A stretch of 63,138 nucleotides of DNA, filler included, from Cercozoa sp. M6MM (taxonomy: Eukaryota > Protista > Endomyxa: Ascetosporea), in assembly GCA_040357565.1 (NCBI GenBank). It is 10 parts of 10 records of this genome, joined end to end, with 100 filler letters (N's around TTAATTAATTAA, not from the genome) between each part and the next. Parts side by side here need not be neighbours in the genome. Positions count along the whole stretch, not along the records: positions 1 to 11,172 come from JBDODJ010000412.1; positions 11,273 to 15,235 come from JBDODJ010001261.1; 8 more parts are not named here. One strand, written 5' to 3'. Under the pieces are notes generated by a model. The model did no database searches and had not been told where the DNA came from. It saw nothing but the letters and a program-made list of their open reading frames with translations. Made by a program: the position numbers and the translations under genes. Positions 1 to 12,695 of this stretch are shown here, piece after piece; within the stretch, counting starts at the first letter, position 1; every line of letters starts with the position of its first letter.

Positions 1-4
1 TTTA

Positions 5-36
<32 letters not shown>

Positions 37-104
37 CCACCCCTGTACCACTACCGTTGGCCCTTTACCCCTTCTTTATCATCTATTTACCCCCCCCCCC
101 GCAG

Positions 105-3100
105 TGGGGCCACGATTTCCGACCGGCATATGCAAAGATTCTGGACGGCGTTGATCGAAAGCAAGTATCTGCCTGAACAGCCTTGTTCACCTCAAACAAC
201 CTTGTTCGTGTGCATTGTCAGGTGCCAGTGGTGGCACTGACAGCAACGGCGCCGTCGCCGGTGCGAAACGACATTGCGAAACACCTGTCACTCCGATCGG
301 TACAGTCGCGGGTCCAATTTAGTCCACTCTGTCCATTAATATGTCCATATTGTACCTTGCTGTACAAACAGAACGCGTTGATACTTAAGGGTGCACTAGA
401 TCGCAGCAATATTTTCTACGATGTCAGAACGCGCAGTGGCATCGCGAGCGACCTGCCAGTTTCGCTCTTGTTTGTTTTCCACATGTGCTCCCTCTCTTTG
501 TCCCTCACCCCCTACCTCCACAGTCGTGGTGTGTCGTCGATCGTGTATGTCTGGCGCAAGAAGGACTGCGGCGAAGTTGTCAATCACCTGCGTTCTATGT
601 ACTCTTAACCCCTTACCCACCTTATCATCCTACCTTTTGTGCACGCCTTCTTCTTTGTATCCTTCTTTTTCCTATCTTTACTCTCCACCCAGTGGAATAT
701 CAGCGCGTGCCTTTCATGCCTCGCTGAGTGCGCAAGAGCGAAAACAAGTGGCACACAACTTCAACAACGACACTCTGCAGTACAACTTTTACACTTACCC
801 CTTACCCCCTTCTACCCTCCCTTCTGCCTCCCCCAGATGTGTGGTGGCAACAGTCGCTTTCGGCATGGGCATCGATAAGAGCGACATTCGTCTCGTGATG
901 CACTGGGGTCCGCCTGCCTCGCTTGAGCACTTCTACCAAGAGAGGTATGGACACCGGCGGTGGAAGGAAGTAAAGGGGGTAAAAAGATAGAGAGGGTACA
1001 ACCTATGTGCTGTAGTGGCCGTGCTGGGCGCGATGGTATTGCTTCAAAATCCATCGTTTTGACCAGTCGCATGGAAGAGTGTAGTACTTCTTTTTTTTCT
1101 TTTTGTTTTGCAATCCATCTGGACAGTTAAATGGACGCTCCACATGGATAAAACTATTTTAACTCTGTACATTTACTGTAGCCACCCTGCTACAACTGAA
1201 ACACGGCGAGCACCGCGCCAAATTCGAGCGATGCCTGCATTTTCTCAGCGACGCAACGCGCTGTCGGCGACGCCGTTTGCTCAGCGCACTTGGCAGTACG
1301 AAGCGTTTCTCTGTTGTGGTCACACTTTGCCATTTATCCGCGCGGATAGATGAAACTGATCCCCAAGTACCTCCACATCGGTGTTGCGACGTGTGTGCTG
1401 CTGGGCCGTTCGTTCCTCCCTTTCTGTGTTTTGATCGCTTCATCTGATGAACGAGATTGTACATTTTTGGACAGACGACCAGTCAAGGATGTGACAGAGG
1501 ACATGCGCATACTGGTGCAGTGTGTCAGGGCACTGAACGAACGTTATGGACGATCTGTTTGCGTGCGTTTCATCTTTGGTATCATGAGGTCCTTGTTACA
1601 AAGATTCGTTCTCTGCAGAAAAAGCTTCTGAAAGGAAGTGCTGCGAACACACTTATTGCGGTTTTTTGCTTTCGATCTGGACTGATGACAAAAAGATGAG
1701 CCAAGTTTTTTTAAACAGAAACTGGGCCAGTCTCGATACGAGTACTTGCGAAAGGCTTCTTTCTTTGGTCGATGGAAGCTCAAACCTGACGCTGTTGTTG
1801 TATGAAATTTCCGTGATTCTTCAGAGTGTGTGCATGAACTTAGCTGCACAGGATGCATTGTTCACGTTGGCACAAACGATAAATGTTACGAAAATGGGTC
1901 CGCTCAAATAGGAGATTGAAGATTTTGTTTTAAAAGAGTTGTGGTTCCACAGGCACATTCTCGCGAATCATGCTCACGCCTACCGGAAGGAAGCTTGCAA
2001 ACAATGTAGTCAGATTTTCTCTTTCACTTCGTTTCACCTTTGTAACTTGATTCGCTTTAGGCTAGCTTTAAACTGGACCCAGTTCCTGTCGATGATCGAT
2101 TGCTTGGCCGTGATCGCAGCATGACCAACACGTATATTTTACATTTTTGTATTGAGTTCAGTTTGCTGTATTCTCGTTCTTCCGAATAAAGAACTGCGAG
2201 AAAGCGCATGCGCCTTGAGATTTCGAGTGCGGTTCCTCAAGTAAACCCTCAAGTAAACAAACCAAAACATTTGACCCTGCCTGAAAATAATCTGCCTTAA
2301 TTCAAGGAGGATTCGACTGCGGAACGCGCGCCCAAATTGCAAAAGACTCGTTCGGTATTTTGACATCTCGGAATCCATCCGCGCGAAAACTTCACGCACT
2401 GACACACAGAAAAAGCTGCCACCTGCTCAAGACATTGAGCTTCGCTACCAAGTTCATTTGAACAACCGTGCTGGTACGGGGACTGTGTGTTTGTTAGTTC
2501 TGAACTTTGCTGGTACGGGAACTGTGTTTGTTAGTTCTGATTCGGTTTGTTCTTGACAGAGAGTGAACCTCTTGCTCGAGATGACTCGTAGATTCATCGA
2601 CACTTTTCCTTTTGTTTTTTGTCCTTTCGACAATGATACACGCTTGTTTTGGCAGCGTGGTTGAACTACTTGAGGATGACATCGATTGGCAGCCTGATCT
2701 GCTCGAAATGACACTTCTGGAGAGACTTCAGTCGACACGTCGAAGTTTAACGAAAGAATCATCGGTCGATTCTGCGCCTTATCTGGTAGCTCAAAAAAGA
2801 AAGGAAACTTGTGCTGGTTAACTTGCCACAGATTTGCCCAGAACCAGTGTTGCGTCTTGTTGCGCGGACTCGTCCCAGCAATGTTCTTCTGTGGCAAAGA
2901 TTGCAAGGAGTACCAAGCGCTGGAGTATGTCAGCCAACTCTGAGTCACTTTTTACTTGTGTGTTTCTTCAGTTTTTGATCGAAAAAGTCGCACCAAAGCT
3001 TCAAAAAGTCCTCGATGACTTCTGTAAAGAGAATGAACTTGAGCGTGATTGTTTTGATTTTGGGTAACATGTATTTTCCGGGTTGGCGTTCAGATCAAGG

Positions 3101-3905
3101 ATGTGCTTTTTCAACAGGCTGACTCTGCAGTCTGATGTACCGTCAGAAGCGACAATGGCGTGGCGTGTTGCACAGGTTACTCCCACCAAAGCCATGGACC
3201 AGGTCTATCCTTGCTCAGTATCTGTGTAAAACTGACGATGATAGTCATTCGCAGGCGTGGTCGATGCTCTCAAGCTGTTCGCAAGACGAAGAGCCGTCTG
3301 CGCAAGAGGAGGGTGTTGATGTCTCTGCTCTCGTTAGAAACAAGCTCTCGCGTATTGTGTCGAAGCTGCGAGTATCGCTTGACGTTGTTCAAGTACCTTT
3401 TTTGTCTGTCAGCTGTGTTTTCTCGATGTATATTCCCCATGTAGAATCATTTGTACACCAAGCTGATGTTGCGACCGTTGTACACATCGTTTGAAATCGA
3501 ACCTTTGATCGATGCACTTTGGCGACAGCGACACTTGCTGAAAGTGCGCAAAGCTCGCTTCAAAGCCTACGTTAAAGGCCGAACAGTCGATATGAGCGAT
3601 GAAGCGCCTTTGCTGGTAGGCACGAAGCGTGCTGCATTTCGGTATCGGATTTCTGCAGGATAGTTAAGGTGCTGACATTCTTTTTGCTTTCGGTCTCAGA
3701 GAGAAGGTGCAAGCACGCGTGGAGGAGTACAATAGCATGAGCCAAAGTGACGTTTTGCGCATGTGTCTCGTGCCGCAACAGACAGCACATGCTTTGTGGG
3801 ATCTCTTGCGTGCAGAGCCTACTTTGTTGCATGGTACTACTCGTGTGTACATCTCTGTTGTTGTGCTAAATCCATCGTATGATTAACAGATCGAAAGACC
3901 TTTAG
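105..3905 (+). CDS. RecQ/Werner-like DNA helicase (5' end outside window; many introns; 3' end approximate)
   Basis: Spliced peptides WGHDFRPAY, VPVVALTATA, CVVATVAFGMGIDKSDIRLVMHWGPPASLEHFYQE..GRAGRDG are RecQ helicase motifs. Downstream are an RQC-like segment (DVTEDMRILVQCVRALNERYG) and an HRDC-like segment (RRSLTKESSVDSAPYL|ICPEPVLRLVARTRPSN). Confidence 0.88.
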
Positions 3906-4732
3906 ACTGAAAGCAGACCAGGTACCTTTTCTGCTTTGTTGCAGACAACGTACAATCGCTTGTCATTCACTTAAGTTAAGGTTTCCGAGCTGTCGTCCTT
4001 CCAGTTGCACTGGATTCTGTGTACATTTGTGGCCTTCAATAGCGCTGCGATTGGGGGCAACTCAGACTCGAACTAGTGGGTTGCGTTGGTTTGTTAACGT
4101 TCCGTACAGTCGCATAGGTCAAGTACTAAGGAAGGGTGCAGTACCGTTTCCGTCGCGTGGGCTGCGCCTGTCGGATCTCCACGCCGTCAATCTCGCGTGG
4201 GATGGGTACGGTAGTAATTCAAATAGTCGGTATTCACGTCGCATCACAGAACTTTAAACTAATTACAATTTTACAGTTGCACTTGTCCGAGTGCACGTGG
4301 CGCATTGTTTGAGTGCAGTGGCGCACGGCAGCTGCTGCTCGGCCAGCACAGCCGCTGTCTTTAGCGGCGTCTGCACGCTTTGCCGTGTTCGAGTGGCATG
4401 CTTGGCGCACACGGTAATACAGTCTAACTAACGTGCGATAGGCACTCAATATGCACATTCTGCGCGACACCTCTCGAGCCCGGGGGGGGGGGCGCCCCCC
4501 CGCCAAAAATCTTTGAGTCGCGTTTCTCCACATACTGTGACTAGTGACACTGCTAAGCCCATAATAGCATCTCTGCAGTGTTTTAATCTAACCGTGCAGA
4601 GTACAGTACATCAAAATCTTGATCAAAAGAGTGCACATACATTATTCTCAGAGTTCATTCAACTGTTTTATGTGCTATTTGAGCTTCAAGTTGTGACAAA
4701 GGATGTCGATTAAAGCACACCACACTAGTTTT

Positions 4733-6226
4733 CTAGGCAGCGATGTGACCGTAACCATCGCTGTACTGGTCATACGAAGCGTAGCTGTTGTCGTAGCCCT
4801 GCGCGTAACCAGCGCTGCCGTAGTTGCTACCGTAGCTGCTGCTGCCGTAGACGCCAATGTTGCCGTAGCCGTTGTCGTACTGGTCGTACGAGGCGTACGA
4901 GTTGTCGTAGCCCGTGCCGTAGTCCATGCCGTAGCCACCGTACTGACTCGAGCCGTAGCTGTTGCCGTAGACAGGCGGCTGTCCGTAGTCGCTGCTGTCG
5001 TAGCCACCGTAGCTCGGCTGCTGTCCGTAGCCGTAGCTCGGCATGCGGTTCTTTCTGTGGACAGTACGGTGGCAACATACAAATTTCTCGTAACAAAGAA
5101 AGAAACAACTAGTACCCGTGGCCCCACTTGTTGCTCGCGATCTGGGGACGAGTGAACTTGATGAGCATCTCGGACGGGATCGCCACTGGGTAGGGACCGT
5201 CGCCATCTCGGGCAAGGTCGCCAGCAGCGTCCATGAACGTGAGCAAAATCATCACCATGTTGTTGAACTGCCAGTGCTGACCGTTGACGAGTTTCTGCAC
5301 CTCAGTCGACATGTCAATGTCGAGCAGAGCACCCTCGACCTGCGTCTTGACCAGGGTCTTGTCCTCGCCAACCAGACCTTTGTTGAGCAGCTCGCCCACA
5401 ATGTATCCGTCGGCGGCACAGTTTTTGGGAATGGGAGCCAACGGCGTGCCTGCAGCAGTGTCTCTGATAAGTTTGGGCAGCGAGTCATCGTCCACGTTAG
5501 CCATCCAGAACTTGGCCACATCGTCATCTTCGACAACACCTTCGACACCGATACGCAGCGAGGCACGCACCTTGCCGGCCTTCTTCACGATTGGCATGCG
5601 GAAGCCGAGCAGAACGCTGTGCTCCAAGCCCAGAGCTGCATCGTCTCCGATGGCCTGGAAGATTCCACTGAACAAGCAAATGGTCGTGTCTGCCGTGAGG
5701 CTATCTTGGAGAAGCTCAGGAACTTCCTGCAGCACTGACAGAGCCACAGAGGGCTTGCTGGAGATGCCCGTGCACCACTGCACTCACAATCATACAGTGT
5801 CTGATATGGTACAGTGCAGCTGAGAATCTGCAGTGTGTAACTTTGGAATTCTAAAGTGCGGCACCTTGGGACACAAGTGCGGCACCTTGGCCGCCATGGC
5901 CGACTGGCACTGCGAGGCACAGCCCACGCCGGCCGAGGGCGCGGTGTCCACGTGCTCGAGATCGGCCACCTTCTTGCTAAGCGTCTTGAGTTGCAACGTC
6001 ACCTCCTCGAGTGTCATCGTAGCATGCGCACTCGGGGCGTACGGAGCAGTCGTGGGGTGGGGAGCGTACTACACATCACAGTTCAGACAGTTCACATGAC
6101 ACGACCATGAACACAAATGATGGGCGTGAGACTCACCATGTTTTGGTACTTGCTGGAGTGGGCATCGTACTGAGCAACCACAGCAGTGGCCGACGCGGCA
6201 GCCAGCGTAGCGACAGTGAACTTCAT
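4733..6226 (-). CDS. Secreted protein: signal peptide, unassigned core, C-terminal Tyr/Gly/Ser-rich repeats (4 exons)
   Basis: Exon 1 (6226-6137) encodes MKFTVATLAAASATAVVAQYDAHSSKYQNM. GT-AG introns join it in frame to ORF 5790-6017 and ORF 5109-5783, then via intron 5115-5055 to the SYGYGQQPSYGGYD... tail ending at TAG 4733. Codon usage is strongly GC3-biased. Confidence 0.8.
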
Positions 6227-6780
6227 TCTTCAGGGGGTTTTTCCGGACTTGGTTACTGGGGACACTCTGCTCTGCGTGAATTACAGCGTTTTGTAGTGTT
6301 CTTGCTTGAGGAGCTTGACTCTCCTTGGTCCCGCTTGCTTTGAAGCGAAAAACAAAAGTAAGGAATGGCACGTTGCTCCCCGCACATCTCCTGCGTTTCA
6401 CTGAGTTTCTCGCAATACTACGTTTCGCACCCAGTTTGAGCTAGTTTGCTAATCCCCGCGCGTTTCGCTCAATCTGCGCCCTCGGGCATGCGTTTCTCCA
6501 TCGGGGCTCAGGACAGAGGAAGATCATGCCAGGTGCGTTTCTCCAAACTGACCTTGACCCGATAATCTGTCGAAAAGGCGTCGTGCAACTGCGCGCTGTT
6601 TCTTGCGCTTAGTGGTTTTAGGTCGCAAAACGAGGTACTGCACCTTACGCACGGTCTGGGTATCTGGAACTCTATTTGGAGTTGCGCTCTCTGACCTTTT
6701 TCCAGCCGCTTTGCGCTAAATTTAGACTTTTTCGAGGTTTAGCGAGGAAAATTGGATCGTAGCACCGTGAAAATTAGGCA

Positions 6781-7699
6781 ATGCGTGAGTGTATCACTGT
6801 TCACGTGGGCCAAGCTGGTGTCCAAACCGGCAACGCATGCTGGGAGTTGTTCTGTTTGGAGGTACAGAGGCTGTCGAAACCTCATTCCATAAATTTACAG
6901 TAGGCAAGTGTGTAAAATGTGCGAGTGTCGTATCGTAGCACGGAATTCAACCCGACGGTCAGATGCCATCGGACAAGACTGTTGGATTTGGCGACGACTC
7001 GTTTAATACTTTCTTTTCCGAGACAGACTCCGGAATGCATGTTCCTCGCACCGTTTTTGTCGATCTCGAACCAACTGTGATTGACGAAATTCGCACCGGC
7101 GTCTATCGGCGACTCTTTCATCCTGCACAGCTACTTTCAGGAAAAGAAGACGCTGCAAACAACTACGCGCGCGGTCATTACACCGTCGGCAAGGAGATGA
7201 TCGAGGCGACAATCGATCGAATTCGAAAGGTTGCGGACAACTGCATTGGACTGCAAGGCTTCATGGTTTTTCATTCCTTTGGTGGCGGCACTGGGAGCGG
7301 CTTTGGTTCTCTCCTTCTCGAACGGCTCAGTGAAGAATACGGAAGAAAGAGCAAACTCGAATTCGCAATCTACCCATCGCCGCACATATCGACAACGATC
7401 GTCGAACCGTACAACTCGGTGCTTTGCGCGCACTCAATGATGGAGCACTCTGACGTCGCTTTCATGGTCGATAATGGTAGTTGTATTGTAGCGCTTTGCT
7501 GAACTTGTCTCACTACGTTCGTATTCGTAGAGGCACTGTACGACATTTGCTGCAACAAGCTGGGTGTGGAGGCACCAACCTATTTGAACTTGAATCGCCT
7601 CATCGCGCAGTGCGTTTCCTCCGTAACAGCGTCTCTGCGATTTGACGGCGCTCTCAACGTCGATTTGACAGAATTTCAGGTACCGTGATTGTCAGTAGA

Positions 7700-7765
<66 letters not shown>

Positions 7766-8598
7766 CTGTACTGTACCCAAACCCGTTCCTTTTGCACTGG
7801 ATACGTGCAGACAAACCTGGTTCCATATCCGCGGATTCACTTTCCATTGCTCGCACTCGCGCCGGTTGTTAGCGCCGAAAGAGCATATCACGAGACGTTT
7901 AGGTTACTCATGTTTCATCATTCATGCACCAAGGTGGTTGGCGGCTGCGGCTCACGTTTGGTTGTATGTTTAGTGTGAGCGAAATTACGAATGCAGTCTT
8001 CGAACCCGACAGTCAAATGGTGAAATGTGATCCACGCCACGGCAAGTATATGGCGTGCTGTCTCATGTACCGCGGTGACGTTGTACCGAAGGACGTGAAT
8101 GCAGCCATTGCATCGATCAAACAAAAGCGCACGATTCGCTTCGTTGACTGGTGTCCCACGGGTTTCAAGGTCGGCATTAACTATCAGGTACGCTCGTTGA
8201 GTGATACAACTGTATCTCGTTAGAAATGCAATGAGAGTTGCGTGCTTACACTAGCCTCTCACGGTGGTTCCTGGTGGCGACTTGGCCATGGCGCAACGAT
8301 CCGTCCTCATGATTTCGAACACGACGGCAATTGCCGAAGTAATGGGTCGCATGGACCACAAGGTACAATAAACTACCGCAACTGCTTTCTCTTAGTCAAA
8401 TGTGTTCAGTTTGACTTGATGTTCGCCAAGCGCGCGTTCGTCCACTGGTACGTCGGTGAGGGCATGGAAGAAGGCGAGTTCGCCGAAGCGCGCGAAGATC
8501 TAGCGGCCATGGAGAAGGACTACGAGGAGGTCGCGCAAGAAGAGAACGAGAGCGAAGACTTTGAGGAGTTCAACGAGAGGAACGAGTTTTCAGAATAG
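6781..8598 (+). CDS. TUBA: Alpha-tubulin, divergent (7 exons)
   Basis: [27 protein letters not shown]|[55 protein letters not shown]; six GT-AG introns restore the frame. Confidence 0.97.
7700..7763. repeat. (CA)n microsatellite in tubulin intron 3
   Basis: Directly visible dinucleotide run. Confidence 0.95.
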
Positions 8599-8876
8599 AG
8601 GGAAATGAAATTGTCGTGTCATGGATGGCAGTGAACGGATGAACACTCACACGCGACAGAGAGGCATACGATAACGAATACACCGCGCCGCATCTTTCGC
8701 GTCGTTTCTTGGCTTCTTTCACTTAACTTAGTCCAATCTGCTTAGATTGCAATACCGACGCTAACTACCCGATGCACTGTGCCAAATATGTTGCTGCGTC
8801 TTTGTGGCGATGCCACAAAAAGAACTAATTAAAGACCAATATATTCTGTTTGTAGTGCGAGAATAGTCAGGTGATG

Positions 8877-8972
8877 TTGATTGATTGTTCTGTTTAAACA
8901 ACTAAGCGTCGGATGCCTAGTCGACGACTCAATGGCGGATCGTTCTAAGACGGTCCACACGAAGTCAACCCT
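8877..8972 (-). repeat. Dispersed repeat A, copy 1 (inverted relative to 28748-28874)
   Basis: Reverse complement aligns to 28748-28874 (GGGTTGACTTCGTGYGGACCGTCTTAGAAC...CGACTAGGCATCCGACGCT...ACAGAAC-ATCAATCAA) apart from a roughly 39-nt indel. Confidence 0.85.
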
Positions 8973-9127
8973 GTACAGGTCCTACGGGGATTTACACCCG
9001 GGCCATTTGTCAAAGTAATGTCATCACCTAGAGAGGTTGTATCGTTGATAGCAGCCCGCGCAGCAGAGCCACCACACGACACGTTTCACAGAGCTGGGTT
9101 GATGGAAACCAACACGAACCCGGAGGG

Positions 9128-9330
9128 TCAGGGGAAACTACATAGTTGGTTTCTAGTAGACTAAACTATTTAAACGGTACAGAACGGAAGCCACCACGCA
9201 CACACGCCGACCGGACTGTATCTATGCGATGAGCGGCGTGCCGGCCAGGCGGTGCGTTTAAGTACCTACCGTACGTACGCGTACCAACCCGATGTCCTTG
9301 GTTTCTTCGTAGACTGAACTAACTAACCAC
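9128..9330 (+). repeat. Dispersed repeat B, two partial copies (9128-9168, 9298-9326), related to 32111-32163
   Basis: Shared TCAGGGGRAACTACATAG..GGTTTCT..GYAGACTRAACTA sequence. Confidence 0.75.
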
Positions 9331-9375
9331 CGTACGTACGCATGGGATGGATGCACGGCGCGCGGCATCATGGCA

Positions 9376-10542
9376 TCACTTCTTTGTCTTGTCGTCGGAA
9401 GCGCTGCTGTGTTTTTGACGAGCTTCGCGGGCGCGGCGACGCGCTTCGTCGACCATGCGCGCGGTGTCGGCGCTGGCCTGTCGCTCCTTCTCGATGCGCT
9501 GCTGCTGTCGCATCGTCTTGAGCGTCTTTTCCTCCTCGGCCGCAAAGATCTGCGCCTCCTTACGGATGCGCACCGCGTTCATGCGCTTGTGTCGACTACC
9601 GCTCATGACGTAGCCTGTGCACGCGGATTGTCGTTGCTCAACTCAGCTCGACAAAGAGAAATAGATAGAAAAAATGCAGTACCCATGTGCTCAAACACTT
9701 CGATTTGCTTGGACGACAGACCGATTTCACCACGACGTGGCACACGCTCACCCTTTTGCAGGAAGGCAGCCGTTGCTTCACCCTCACCTCGCAACAGGTC
9801 GCCACCATAGTCGGTCTTTTCTGTCTTAACACGCGGGTTGGCTGTCACAACAGAGCGTATTTCAGGAGCAGAAACGTCAGTCGGAAATAGCAAGAAATAC
9901 ACTCCGCAAGCGCATCAGCGATCGCGTACTCGGGCACCGCCGGACCAAAGTTGTCATCGCCGTCGCTTTCCTCTGCCGAGTCATTGTCTTCGATCTCGTT
10001 CTCCTGCACGGCTTGCGGCGTCTCCTCTGTGCAACAACGTAAAACAAGCTGGTGTTGTAAAAAACAAAGCCACAAAAATCTTAAGCTAAAAAGCAAAAGG
10101 CACCGTTTTCTTCGTCGCTCAGCAAACCAGCTTCACGCAGAAGCTTGCGTCGCTTCTTGCGACGCTTTTCCTTTCGATCAAGTTGCGAGCTTTGCTTCTT
10201 GGCACGACGCTCTTCACGTTGTTTTTGTCGCAAAGCGGCATGGAAAGCGCGTCCTTCCACCGGAGACGGCGACCGTGATGGCGAGCGCGCCCATAGACCA
10301 CGCGGGAATTCCGCTCTGAATACAAAACACCACATATCACATTTAACTCTATCACTGGCATACAAAAAGCAGCGAACGCACCGGAATCGTCGAATACGTC
10401 GCATGTCCAAGTCAGCATCAGTCATTCTTCGTCGCCCGCGCTGATGACCGCGGTCTCGGTCATCGTACCGGCGCGGAGCACTCTCATCCCAGTGGCCCAG
10501 CCCTGGTCGCTCAGGTCGCACAGGGCGGTCTAACCACGACAT
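9376..10542 (-). CDS. NKAP: NF-kappa-B-activating protein (NKAP/DUF926 splicing factor)
   Basis: RS/basic N-terminus (LWARSPSRSPSP) and conserved C-terminus DYGGDLLRGEGEATAAFLQKGERVPRRGEIGL...G|YVMSGSRHKRMNAVRIRKEAQIFAAEE. Confidence 0.92.
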
Positions 10543-10807
10543 ACTAACACTGTGAAAACGTCTACACGCACAATCTACGGGGCCAGCGAGACAGAGGATG
10601 GGAGGCCTTGAGCTGATCCCGTGTGAGAAAACCGAGCCGAAAATAAAAATCTGTTCCCCCCGCAGCTCGATAGTTTAGGCGCCGTGCTTTTTGTGCTGCG
10701 AGTAAGTTCTAGCTGTTGAGATGATACGGAAGCGTAGTTGGCGATGACAGTTTGCACTGCCTTATTTGTTGGATGTGGTATTGAGGTTTTCGTGTAGCCA
10801 CAGAACT

Positions 10808-11087
10808 ATGATGGAGGACGTTGACTTTGATTTGGACGGCGTCCAGGTGGAGAACGAGGGCGAAGAAGTCAACGGCAACAATGGCGGCGACAAGAAGGAG
10901 GACAGCGCCGAGAAGAGTGCGGAGGCAAAGAAGAAGACAGGTTCGAGCGAGGCAAAAAAGAGCTCCAGCGAGGTCGGAATGCCGGAAGAACTGTCGGCGT
11001 GGGTGCAGCAACTCGAGCAGGAGGCGACCAATCTGGAGCGACAGCAGTCGGCGCTCAAACAGTCGCTGGCTGGCGGCGATGAGCAGT
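10808..11087 (+). CDS. Hypothetical acidic/coiled-coil protein, 5' fragment cut by spacer
   Basis: GC-rich ORF MMEDVDFDLDG...WVQQLEQEATNLERQQSALKQ followed by an AT-rich intron and the contig end. Confidence 0.6.
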
Positions 11088-11172
11088 GTACACTAATTAT
11101 ATTATTTATAATGTATCTTTATATATATATCTAGATAATTATATTTATATTTAGATATATTTTTGATGTTAC

Positions 11173-11272
11173 NNNNNNNNNNNNNNNNNNNNNNNNNNNN
11201 NNNNNNNNNNNNNNNNTTAATTAATTAANNNNNNNNNNNNNNNNNNNNNNNNNNNNNNNNNNNNNNNNNNNN
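11173..11272. other. Artificial contig-joining spacer (44N-TTAATTAATTAA-44N); same spacer at 15236, 18479, 22229, 23781, 29783, 34667, 50009, 57647
   Basis: Identical 100-nt structure with stops in all six frames; genes on either side are unrelated truncated fragments. Confidence 0.95.
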
Positions 11273-11349
11273 TTAAGGGGGGTAAAGTTAAGGGGTAAGG
11301 TTAAGGAGGGTAAAAGTTAAGGGTATGCGGAGGGAGGGAGTAATACCGA

Positions 11350-12450
11350 AGTGCCCTCAGACTTGGCGTTATTTTTCTGCTGCTGCAGCAGCTGCAACTG
11401 CGCCTTCAGCTCGCTTACATCATCTGGGGGTAAAGGGGTAAAGGAGGGGGTGGGGGTAAGGTGGGGTTGGGGTAAGGTGGGTGGGGGTAAACCAGCAGCG
11501 TCGGCCGGTCCGCGCGCCGAGTGCATCTGCAGCGCGCGCAGTTTCAGCAGTGTCTGTCGCTGCCGGTGCTGCAGCTGCGCCACCTGTCGCTGCGCCTGCT
11601 GCCGCAGTCGTTCCACTTTCTTGCGCTGCTGCTGCTGCAGCTTCCGCGCGCCCGTTACGAACTCGCCGCGCTCCTGGGGGTTAAGGGGGCAAGGAGAAGG
11701 TTAAGGGGGTAGGCAGGTTAAGGGGGCAGGCAGGTTAAGGGGGCAGGCAGGTTAAGGGGGCAGGGGTGGAGGTAAAAACCTTGGCCAACTGCTCGCGCAA
11801 ACGTCGCACTTCGTTTTTCAAAGTTTCCACGCCATCGATCGCTGCCTCGTTACTTAAGGCTGCGACCGCTTTGTTTAAGGGTGACACTGGATTGCTTAAA
11901 GCTCCTGTCCGCGCGGATGTTGGTGTCGTCATTGTGGCCGCTTGTTTCGTCGCTCGGCGAGGCGGTGTTTGCGGCTGGGGGGGGGGGGGAAAGGGGAGGG
12001 GAAAGGGATAAGAGGACGGTGTAAAGGGTAAGAGGACGGTGTTAGGGGGTAACAGGGTGGTGGGAGGAGAGAGTAAAACTGTACTTGGGACACAGGCGAT
12101 GTTGTTTTCGCCGGTGTGCTTCGCGAAGAAGACGGACTCGACGAGGACCTGTATCAAGAAAGGAGGATGGCAGGGGGGGGGGGGGGTAATGCAGTTGTCG
12201 GACGGTAAAGGCTACATGAGCAAGGCGAACGGATCTGCATTGTTCGACTCGGCCTCGGTGGGCGGCGGCGCCTGCAGCGGCGCCAGCAACGACTCCATCT
12301 CTGCCCGCGTCTGAGACACACACACACACACACACACACCATCTCGGTTGTACTTTTTTTACCACGGCCACAACAGCAAAAAGGGCACATCTACCCGTGC
12401 ACTGACAGCGATCACAGCAGCTACAATCTTAGTGCACGCGTCTACACTGC
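11350..12450 (-). CDS. Hypothetical Gln-rich coiled-coil protein (start uncertain, 3' end cut by spacer)
   Basis: Exons TRAEMESLLAPLQ..., VETLKNEVRRLREQLAK, KLQQQQRKKVERLRQQAQRQVAQLQ, DDVSELKAQLQLLQQQ separated by repeat-filled GT-AG introns. Confidence 0.6.
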
Positions 12451-12695
12451 TTAAAACTGCTTCGAGGGCGTGCCTCCCTTTCCCGGCCCATTCTTGAGTC
12501 GAGAGAGCATCCTGCTTTTTTGCGGCCACTCCAGTCAGTCCAGTCGAGCGAGCCAACTGAGTTGATTATCCTATTTCAAAGGCTGCTCGCTCTAGCCACG
12601 CTGAAGCACGTGCATTTTGCTATGTCCGGGTCAGTATGAACTCACGTGAACGACAGAATAGGATTTTTCGGTAGCCGGTTATTGCTGTCCTAAGC

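Noticed and set aside
11217-11228. Recurrent TTAATTAATTAA palindrome as a biological repeat or CRISPR-like spacer
   Set aside because: It is always centred in 44N+44N; this is a synthetic six-frame stop linker from contig concatenation.
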